A DNA stretch of 32,000 nt from Moraxella nasovis (GCF_022701215.1 NZ_CP089976.1:1500001-1532000), one strand, 5' to 3'; positions 8,188-14,630 are shown, counted from the stretch's first letter. Notes: generated by a model not told the origin, from the letters alone. Numbers and translations are program-made.

Positions 8188-8568
8188 TTAGCCGTCTGAT
8201 ATGCTCACGGTCTTAATGAATGCTTGTGCGGTCGGTAAGCTATTAGCATAATGCTGGGCTTGGGTCTCATCATCAAAATAATGACAAGCCATAACAAAAT
8301 GCTTAGGCTTACCAGTACCGAACATCACGCCATTTGGGATAAATGGGGCAATGTCTTTAAAACTTACATGATTGCACGGCTGGAAAGGCGGTTTATTGCC
8401 ATCGTTGCCATTATTGATAAATCTTGTATGCTTATAGCCTGTAATGTCGGCGTTGGGATAATCTAGCTTGACTTGTTCAAGAAATACCAAGGCACTTTCT
8501 TTGTTGGCGAACTCTTTGTAAATCCGTGGATTGTTACAGCTTATTGAATAGTAGATAACTTCAATCAT
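8188..8568 (-). CDS. Hypothetical protein (126 aa)
   Basis: Long ORF translationally coupled to the upstream gene (ATGA overlap, SD AAAGGGGGTG). No family recognised. Confidence 0.6.
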   Translation of the reverse strand: MIEVIYYSISCNNPRIYKEFANKESALVFLEQVKLDYPNADITGYKHTRFINNGNDGNKPPFQPCNHVSFKDIAPFIPNGVMFGTGKPKHFVMACHYFDDETQAQHYANSLPTAQAFIKTVSISDG

Positions 8569-8819
8569 TTTACACCCCCTTTGGTGGTATTATTGACGGC
8601 TGGCGTGTCGGCGGTTAATCGCTCTAAGGCTTGGTTAAGTTCTGTTTGGGCGGTCTCTACTGCTTGCCATATCAGCATTATCATGGCTTTAGTGCGGTCT
8701 AGCTCTGTACCCGTATCCATGCCATGATACAGAAAATAAACCCCCGCTAATGCGTCATCTAGGGCGTTTTTTGCGTCTTCTATGTCAAATAAAACATTGC
8801 TATGGTTATTAAGGCTCAT
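8565..8819 (-). CDS. Hypothetical protein (84 aa)
   Basis: ATGA overlap at both ends and SD AAAGGGGGTG. No family recognised. Confidence 0.6.
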   Translation of the reverse strand: MSLNNHSNVLFDIEDAKNALDDALAGVYFLYHGMDTGTELDRTKAMIMLIWQAVETAQTELNQALERLTADTPAVNNTTKGGVK

Positions 8820-9352
8820 TTTGCACCCCCTTTAATTGCGTTTAAAATGCGTTTTAAGGCACTTTTAGGCTTAGGTGGTGCATAGGTAGCACAAGGGGCG
8901 TTATCAAGCGATTTTAGGGCGTGTATGGCGTTATAAATGGCATTGGCACGCTCACAATAGCCGTTAAAGGGTTCTTGGGCGTGTAGCTCATTATAGCGGT
9001 GGTATTCGTCTGTTAAGACGGTTAGGGAATGGGATAAAATAGATTGGTTCATGTTGTAGTTACCTTTCGAAGTTTTGGAAAACACCCCAAAAATAGGGTG
9101 GGCTGGAAGTTCGAAAACCGCTACAACAACGGCGTGTGGTATTGGGTATTTCCACACCTTCCAACCCATAAGAAAGGCAACCGACAAAAAAGCGGTTAAA
9201 TTCTGATAGGCATAAAAAATCCAAGTATTTCGCCCTTGGTTGGCGGTTGTAAAGCAGTTTTCGACGCTGCGGGCGATATTCTGCAATACTGCTTGAATTT
9301 TATCAAGTGATAAAATTTCATCAAAAATACGTTTAATGTGAATTAAATTCAT
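8816..9352 (-). CDS. Hypothetical protein (178 aa; start uncertain)
   Basis: A 178-codon open frame in AT-rich DNA. ATG 9352 lacks an obvious SD. The internal ATG at 9052 (MNQSILSH..) is an alternative start. Confidence 0.5.
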   Translation of the reverse strand: MNLIHIKRIFDEILSLDKIQAVLQNIARSVENCFTTANQGRNTWIFYAYQNLTAFLSVAFLMGWKVWKYPIPHAVVVAVFELPAHPIFGVFSKTSKGNYNMNQSILSHSLTVLTDEYHRYNELHAQEPFNGYCERANAIYNAIHALKSLDNAPCATYAPPKPKSALKRILNAIKGGAK

Positions 9353-9436
9353 GCTATAATCTATCCATCTTGTTATCTTACCTAAACCGCTTTATCTGTC
9401 ATGGATAAGGCGGTTTTTGTATGGTAGGTGTGGCGG

Positions 9437-9655
9437 TTATTGTATGCTATCGCTTTCGTCTGCAAGCTCTTGTAAAATTTCGTGCTTGATGGCGTGAATG
9501 TCGCTCATCATGCCTTGGCAAATATGACGCATTTTTTTAATGCGTTTTTCGTGTTTGGATAGTTTTTTATCAAATCTTGCCAAAGTCTTGATAACATCGC
9601 TTAAATTCTCATCGCAAATTTTGGCGGTGCGTTGGGTGCTGGTGTTTTGTTCCAT
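9437..9655 (-). CDS. Hypothetical protein (72 aa, predicted helical and charged)
   Basis: ORF with SD aaagga upstream. An imperfect hairpin follows at about 9389-9417. Confidence 0.5.
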   Translation of the reverse strand: MEQNTSTQRTAKICDENLSDVIKTLARFDKKLSKHEKRIKKMRHICQGMMSDIHAIKHEILQELADESDSIQ

Positions 9656-9717
9656 GGTGGTTTCCTTTGGTTTTGGCTTGGTTAAAATGGGTTTGGGTTC
9701 TTAAAGTCTATTGGTGC

Positions 9718-9918
9718 TTATTTTTTACCAGTCCAATAGCCCCATTTTTGCATGGTATCTGTACCCCATATAAGCATATTCATATAACCATAGCCCGCTT
9801 TTTCGTTTAGTTTTACTAGCCTATTCCAAAAAGCATTTTCGCTTAGGCGTTTACCTGCTTTGGTGTAGGGTGTGATTTCGTGCATTTCTTGACGTGCTTT
9901 TTGCATTTTTGGGGTCAT
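9718..9918 (-). CDS. Hypothetical protein (66 aa)
   Basis: Tightly packed after 9920-10213, with SD aaggtaag. No family recognised. Confidence 0.5.
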   Translation of the reverse strand: MTPKMQKARQEMHEITPYTKAGKRLSENAFWNRLVKLNEKAGYGYMNMLIWGTDTMQKWGYWTGKK

Positions 9919-9919
9919 G

Positions 9920-10213
9920 TTACTTACCTTTTTTGGTGGTTTTGGTTTTGGGTTTATTTAAAATCTCTTCACGAAGTGCCATAGCTTTTACTTTGTCTTT
10001 GATGAAGTAGCGTTTAAAGCGTGAATTTTCGGTTTCGTGCCATTGCCAATCAATGATAAAACCTAGCTTTTTAAGCTCTGCAATACGGCTTGATAGGCTG
10101 ACCACGTTTAGCACGTTTACGGCATATAGGACGTGTACACCGTCGCCGTCTAGCATGGCTTGTAGTACTTGCCATTTTTGGCGGTTTTTGTGGGCGTGGG
10201 TAATGGGTATCAT
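9920..10213 (-). CDS. Putative winged-helix DNA-binding protein (97 aa)
   Basis: Strong SD (aaggag). The segment VVSLSSRIAELKKLGFIIDWQW resembles the HTH_39-type winged helix common in P4-like islands. Assignment is from memory of the motif. Confidence 0.5.
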   Translation of the reverse strand: MIPITHAHKNRQKWQVLQAMLDGDGVHVLYAVNVLNVVSLSSRIAELKKLGFIIDWQWHETENSRFKRYFIKDKVKAMALREEILNKPKTKTTKKGK

Positions 10214-10241
10214 GGTTTAACTCCTTATGGTCTGTTTGGGC

Positions 10242-10493
10242 TTATTGTTTGGCTTTGGGTTGGTATTGTGCCAAGTCGTCTGCACTTTCAAGGTTATCTA
10301 ACCACGCCAAAACATCGCTATTACGCCATGCACTCATGCTAGTAGATAGCTTGATGGGTTTTGGGAATTTGCCTTGTTTTATCCAGCCGTAAATCGTGGA
10401 TTTGGACAGCCCCACCATCTTGCAGACCTTATCAATACGGCTAATGCCTTTGGGGTGGAAAGTATCGTTTTGGGTTTGGGTGGTTTTGGTCAT
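10242..10493 (-). CDS. alpA: AlpA-family transcriptional regulator / excisionase-like (83 aa)
   Basis: ISRIDKVCKMVGLSKSTIYGWIKQGKFPKPIKLSTSMSAWRNSDVLAWL matches the AlpA/MerR-type HTH signature. The start is taken at ATG 10493, which has the SD ggag. Confidence 0.85.
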   Translation of the reverse strand: MTKTTQTQNDTFHPKGISRIDKVCKMVGLSKSTIYGWIKQGKFPKPIKLSTSMSAWRNSDVLAWLDNLESADDLAQYQPKAKQ

Positions 10494-10544
10494 TGGTTTA
10501 CTCCGTATGTGTTCATTTGGGCTTTGTCGCACTGTAAATAAGTT

Positions 10545-10573
10545 GCGTGCGAAAATTATAGGCGTGTACGAAA
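10545..10573 (-). promoter_or_regulatory. Candidate promoter of the alpA-to-primase operon
   Basis: The minus strand reads TTGTTG-17 nt-TATAAT, about 50 nt upstream of alpA. Confidence 0.45.
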
Positions 10574-10639
10574 ATAACAACAACGCAATACCCTGCTATC
10601 TGTACACTTAGGGGGGGTATCTATAAAAACGGAGTTTTA

Positions 10640-10925
10640 GGCGGTTAATGCAAAAAGGGCGAAACAGCAGGCGTGGGCGGTGTGTTTTTATCGTTCACGC
10701 CTGCACTTTTGGCGGTGTTGTTGTGATATGGTGGATAGTGGGGCGGATTTGTTGCCATATTTGCCCCCTTTTGGGGGTTTTTAGCGTGGTTTGGGTGGTG
10801 GGTGGTGTTACCCCTTGCCAAATGCCAAAAGGGTTATTTGGGGTGTTTTAGGGCGTGAATAATGGGCAATAAAAAACAAGGGGAATTTTGCCCCTTGTTT
10901 TGGTGTTGGTGTTGGTGGTGCGTGG
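10640..10925 (+). repeat. Dispersed mosaic element, copy B
   Basis: Near-colinear with copy A. The box is at 10694-10717 and the hairpin halves at 10668-10675 and 10696-10703. Confidence 0.8.
10870..10903 (-). terminator. Rho-independent terminator after the 267-aa gene
   Basis: caagggg-aattttg-ccccttg hairpin at 10877-10897. T-runs are present on both strands. Confidence 0.7.
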
Positions 10926-11729
10926 TTATTTGTCTTTTTGGGCTTTATGGGCTTTATGGGCTTTATGGGCTTCCCTTAATGTGCCATATATCCATTCATA
11001 TTTCTTGTTTTCTAGGTTGTCATGTATAAAAACATATTCGGCGGTTTGTGTGAAGTTAAAGCCCTTATCCTGCATGATTTTTAGGTATCTTTGTCCTAAT
11101 TGCTTTCTTTCTTGGCGGTGTGGTTCTGTTGCTTTTAGGGCGTTTTGTCGTCCTTGTTCGCTTTGTACTTGGCGGTGTATGTCTTCTTTGGTTTTATCGT
11201 CAATCATACCTAGCGTTAAAATTCTATCTTGTGGCAAGCCATGTAGATACTGCACACCGCCTAGCACTTTCAAGGCGTGATTTTTGAGTAAATGGGCGTA
11301 AAAGGGCTTTTTGCGGTCGTGGTAAATCTGTGCAAATTGCTTAAATACCAAATGCAATGTTACCATCTCAACCGCTCTTTGTCTGACCGCTGGCGGTGGT
11401 AGCTCTATATTTGGGTTAGCCTTGGCAAGGCAATAAAAAAGGTGGTCTATGGCGGTGCTAGGTGGTGTATTGGTGCGTATGTGGTTAAATAGGCGGGGGA
11501 ATTGATAGCCTTTGGTTTCTTGTTGTAGTTTTTGACAAATGGCGTGAATGTCTGTAATACAAGCGTGGCAATTTTGCCAAAATTCATCGAAATGACTAAA
11601 ATTGCCAAAAAATGAAAAGGCAATTTCTGCAAAATCTTGTTTACTCACGCCCATACCAATATCAAAAAAATCACCAAGTTTAAGGGAGTTAAATTCTTTG
11701 GCTAGTGCTTGAAATGTTTTGTTGTTCAT
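10926..11729 (-). CDS. Hypothetical cargo protein (267 aa from ATG 11729; 272 aa from ATG 11744)
   Basis: Long ORF with the SD aagg before ATG 11729. The C-terminus carries an (AHK)x3 repeat. No domain recognised. Confidence 0.65.
   Translation of the reverse strand: MNNKTFQALAKEFNSLKLGDFFDIGMGVSKQDFAEIAFSFFGNFSHFDEFWQNCHACITDIHAICQKLQQETKGYQFPRLFNHIRTNTPPSTAIDHLFYCLAKANPNIELPPPAVRQRAVEMVTLHLVFKQFAQIYHDRKKPFYAHLLKNHALKVLGGVQYLHGLPQDRILTLGMIDDKTKEDIHRQVQSEQGRQNALKATEPHRQERKQLGQRYLKIMQDKGFNFTQTAEYVFIHDNLENKKYEWIYGTLREAHKAHKAHKAQKDK
10940..10971 (+). repeat. Tandem 9-bp repeat gggctttat x3 (plus a partial copy)
   Basis: Seen directly. It encodes the AHKAHKAHK tail on the minus strand. Only two units are present in the orphan copy at 13361-13382. 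Confidence 0.85.
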
Positions 11730-11783
11730 CTCATACCTTACCATACCTTAAAAAAGATAGCAGGCGTGGCGGTCTAAGGTATG

Positions 11784-11805
11784 AAAAATAACCGCCTTTC
11801 GGTTA
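11784..11805 (-). terminator. Weak hairpin/T-run downstream of doc
   Basis: taaccg-ccttt-cggtta hairpin with a T-run on the minus strand. The stem is short. Confidence 0.35.
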
Positions 11806-11830
11806 ATTACTCCTAGCCTGCTAAAAGGGT

Positions 11831-12196
11831 TTAAACTGTTAAATCTTTTAAAATATCTGCAAGGTGGGTATAATTCATTTCACTGCTTGCCACTTTTACC
11901 ATCAAATCATCTAATCCGCTATTGGGGGCAATGTTAATACCTTGCATATCCAAATAAGTTAACATAACCACAAGGGCGGTTCTTTTATTGCCATCATTAA
12001 AGGCGTGTGCTTTGGCTAATGCTACGGCATAAAATGCCCCTATCAAATATACATTATCCAATGGCTCATAACTCATTTGATTGTCAATGCGTGATAAGCA
12101 ACTTTCAAGGCTTGCCATGCTTGCAATGCCCTTTAAGCCTTTTTCATTTGCCAAAATCTCGTCATGAATGGCTATCACAAAATGTATATCAATCAT
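11831..12196 (-). CDS. doc: Doc (death-on-curing) / Fic-family toxin
   Basis: 121 aa with the Doc-type Fic motif HAFNDGNKRTA. Confidence 0.85.
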   Translation of the reverse strand: MIDIHFVIAIHDEILANEKGLKGIASMASLESCLSRIDNQMSYEPLDNVYLIGAFYAVALAKAHAFNDGNKRTALVVMLTYLDMQGINIAPNSGLDDLMVKVASSEMNYTHLADILKDLTV

Positions 12197-12327
12197 TTAT
12201 CCGCCAATGCCTTAATTTCTTTTTTATGGGTATTCATAACACGTTTGGCAGAGTTTAAAATTACTCGTTTTCCTGCTTCACCTGTTAAGTGCATAATAAC
12301 TGGCTTGGTGTTGGTGGGTTTACTCAT
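12193..12327 (-). CDS. 44-aa putative antitoxin partner of Doc
   Basis: Translation is MSKPTNTKPVIMHLTGEAGKRVILNSAKRVMNTHKKEIKALADK*. Its stop overlaps the doc ATG (ATGA). It is not in the ORF track (<60 aa) and not recognisably Phd-like. Confidence 0.6.
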   Translation of the reverse strand: MSKPTNTKPVIMHLTGEAGKRVILNSAKRVMNTHKKEIKALADK

Positions 12328-12380
12328 GGTGTTTTGTTATCCTGTTAAAATTACGCTCGTATTTGTTTGGATTGCTTGAA

Positions 12381-12409
12381 ATTGTAGCAAACTAATAATC
12401 CAATGACAA
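12381..12409 (-). promoter_or_regulatory. Sigma70-like promoter of the antitoxin-doc operon
   Basis: The minus strand reads TTGTCA-17 nt-TACAAT. Confidence 0.55.
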
Positions 12410-12489
12410 TAAAAACCAATCCATGCCAAGCCATAGGCGGTTAATATGGTGTGGGGAAATAAGCTATTGTTATCACAACAATACCTACA

Positions 12490-12720
12490 AAAGGCGGTTA
12501 ATGCAAAAAGGGCGAAATGGCAGGCGTGGGCGGTGTGTTTTATCGTTCACGCCTGCACTTTTGGCGGTGTTTTTTTGATATGGTGGATAGTGGGCGTATT
12601 TGTCGCCGTATTTGCCCCATTTTGGGGGTTTTTAGCGTGGTTTGGGGTTTAGGTGGTGTTACCCCCCTTGATGGGGGTTAAACGTGCCATTTTGGGCGTT
12701 TTGGTGCGTTTTGATTGCGT
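12490..12720 (+). repeat. Dispersed mosaic element, copy C
   Basis: The box is at 12546-12569 and the hairpin halves at 12521-12528 and 12548-12555. The right end matches copy E rather than copies A and B. Confidence 0.8.
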
Positions 12721-12821
12721 TTTATAATTTTATGAAGTGCAAGGGTTGGATTTTGAATAATTTTCGGATAATAAAAAAGCCAAATTTTTAATATAATTTT
12801 TATGCAAAATGTATAAATTGA

Positions 12822-12850
12822 TTGACTTATAAGGTAGTTTAGAATATAAT
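12822..12850 (+). promoter_or_regulatory. Near-consensus sigma70 promoter
   Basis: TTGACT (12822-12827), a 17-nt spacer, then TATAAT (12845-12850). Confidence 0.65.
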
Positions 12851-12943
12851 ATAAACAACAAGGCAAGAGTTGCAGCTCTTGCCTTGTAGGCGGTAGATTG
12901 TTCATGCAATCTATTAAACCCACCAGTAGAAGGAGTAAAAGCG

Positions 12944-13009
12944 ATGAAGACTTTATTAAAAATCGCAATTATCCTTGTGTTATGTATCTTACTAAAATCT
13001 AGCAGTTAA
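12944..13009 (+). CDS. 21-aa hydrophobic peptide (type I toxin-like or leader peptide)
   Basis: Translation is MKTLLKIAIILVLCILLKSSS*. The SD aggag lies 8 nt upstream. The 5' UTR holds an 11-bp-stem hairpin (12859-12886). Confidence 0.5.
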   Translation: MKTLLKIAIILVLCILLKSSS

Positions 13010-13089
13010 GTCAAGCCATAGCACAACGACCGCCCTAGTGGTATCGGGGCGGTTCGCTACTAAGTGGAATATTTGAACAAGGTTAAATC

Positions 13090-13302
13090 ATGCCAAAAAT
13101 TATCAATACACCAAAAACACGCCTACAAATCCAAAAAGACAGCGATACCAAGCGGGGTATTAAGTCCATAGGTTTTAAAGTGCCTATTGAGTTTGCAAAC
13201 CGTCTTGATGAACTTGCCAAGCAAACAGGCAAAACTAAAAACATCATTATCATGGAGGCGGTGGAGCTATGGCAAGCCAACCATGCTAATAATGGGCAAT
13301 AA
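13090..13302 (+). CDS. Ribbon-helix-helix (CopG/Arc-like) DNA-binding protein (70 aa)
   Basis: IGFKVPIEFANRLDELAKQTGKTKNIIIMEAVELW fits the beta-alpha-alpha RHH pattern. It is co-oriented with the small peptide ORF. Confidence 0.6.
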   Translation: MPKIINTPKTRLQIQKDSDTKRGIKSIGFKVPIEFANRLDELAKQTGKTKNIIIMEAVELWQANHANNGQ

Positions 13303-13385
13303 AAAAAAACAAGGGGTATTTTGCCCCTTGTTATGGTGTTGGTGGTGCGTGGTTATTTGTCTTTATGGGCTTTATGGGCTTATTC
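13290..13385 (+). repeat. Orphan copy of the terminator plus 3'-end block of the 267-aa gene
   Basis: Aligns by eye with 10861-10975. It includes the hairpin at 13310-13330, ggtggtgcgtggttatttgtct, and two gggctttat units. Only about 8 terminal codons remain before an in-frame stop. Confidence 0.75.
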
Positions 13386-13513
13386 CCATGCTATCAAGCC
13401 ATTTTGTAACGCTCATTACCGCCCCTTTGTCGGTGTTTGGGCTTGCCTTGATAGTATCATTTTATAGTATCAAATGATGATACTAAATGCCAACCCTTTA
13501 CCAATTCCCACCG

Positions 13514-13788
13514 TCCAAATTATAAAACCATTATCCAAATGATGAAACCCTTGATATTAAAGGCTTTCATGATGAATAAGGGTTAATATTTGGATTAAAT
13601 ATTTATAATTTGGGTTTCATTTGGATTTTAAATCCAAATTATAAGCCCTTATGTAGCAAGGCTTACAGGGGTATTTTTCCATAATTTGGATAATTTGGAC
13701 GGTTTTTAGGGTAAAAAATAAAAAAAAATAAGGGGTAAATTAAATTTTATTCATCAAGTTTTATTATTGATTGAATTATTTTAATGTT
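13514..13788 (-). repeat. Iteron-rich ~275-bp inverted repeat, right copy (IR-R)
   Basis: Reverse complement of 4763-5037. Confidence 0.85.
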
Positions 13789-13919
13789 TTGTGCTATGTC
13801 AATACATAATAATAAAAAAGTACGCAACGCCCACACTTAACCGCCCATCATGTCGCCATTTAATAAAATAGGGTCATGCTGGGCAAGGCGTGGCGGTGTA
13901 GTGGTGGCTTTTACTGAAA

Positions 13920-14220
13920 ATTTAGTAAACGCCCACGATTTTTTACAATTTACCGCCAAAAGTACAGGCGTGAACCGTGAATAAATATAAATAATCATAT
14001 AAAAATTAGTATCGCTTAATAATAAAAAATTTCGCCCCGCAAAGACGGCAAAAAATCTAAATCACGCTACTAAAAAACACAACAAGCCAACCGCCAAAAA
14101 AACACTCCGCCCTTTGGCTCAAAAATGGGCAAAAGTCCGCCCACGCCAGCACCGCCAAAAAGCGATGATAGGGCGGTAAAATCACAAGGGCAAAAGGCAA
14201 GGGAAAAACACCAAAACAGA
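13920..14220 (-). repeat. Partial inverted copy (F) of the mosaic element (C/A-rich on the plus strand)
   Basis: accgccaaaagtacaggcgtgaac at 13951-13974 is the reverse complement of the 24-nt box with 1 mismatch. Box fragments such as cgcccacgcc and caccgccaaaa follow. The similarity is patchy. Confidence 0.5.
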
Positions 14221-14400
14221 CAAGGATTATTTAATAATATAAATAATAATTAAATAATATATTTATTATTTTTATTTAATTTGGGGGTTTTCTCGCGCGC
14301 GTGCGTGATGGCAAATTTTTATATATGTAATAATATAACATAACATATATTATATTAAATAATAATATATTTATGTTATATTTTATTTATTATTATTTTA
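14221..14400. other. AT-rich block with an alternating CG core (candidate DNA-unwinding element or origin)
   Basis: Two stretches of almost pure A/T (14228-14280 and 14318-14400) flank ttctcgcgcgcgtgcgtgatgg. A 12-bp inverted repeat, aatataacataa / ttatgttatatt, lies at 14332-14343 and 14371-14382. Confidence 0.45.
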
Positions 14401-14449
14401 TGGTTTTTTATGGGGGCTTTGTGATTTGTTGGGGTGTTTGCCTTGATTT

Positions 14450-14630
14450 GTGGGCGTGGGCGGTGTTTTGTTGGTTCACGCCTGCACTTTTGGTGGTGGT
14501 GTTGTGGTATGTCGGTGGTTTTGGTTTGCATTGCTATAGGGCAAATGATAAGGCGTATTTGTCACCGTATTTGCCCCATTTTGGGTTAAATATCAAAAAG
14601 GGGCGAAATGGCAGGCGTGGCGGTCATTGC
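14450..14630 (+). repeat. Dispersed mosaic element, copy D (overlaps the integrase stop codon)
   Basis: The box is at 14475-14498. It shares the ttgcattgctatagggcaaatgataaggcg module with copy E. Confidence 0.75.

Noticed and set aside
12678-12968. 96-aa minus-strand ORF rich in Leu, Ile and Tyr.
   Set aside because: It runs through an AT-rich promoter region and is antisense to the consensus promoter, leader and small-peptide ORF. Its composition is typical of a spurious AT-rich ORF.
12970-13012. Possible antisense promoter (minus strand TTAACT-17-TACATA) that would produce a type I antitoxin sRNA opposite the 21-aa ORF.
   Set aside because: It matches only 4/6 and 3/6 of the consensus and lacks the invariant final T of the -10 element. 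This is too weak to call without transcript data.
13187-13477. 96-aa plus-strand ORF overlapping the RHH gene out of frame.
   Set aside because: It reads through the terminator hairpin and the orphan repeat block and has no SD. The in-frame RHH ORF has a clear fold signature.
5091-14630. The possibility that the dispersed repeats form a CRISPR array.
   Set aside because: The repeats are 150-280 bp and mosaic, and they are separated by kilobases of genes. There is no short regular repeat-spacer periodicity and there are no cas genes.
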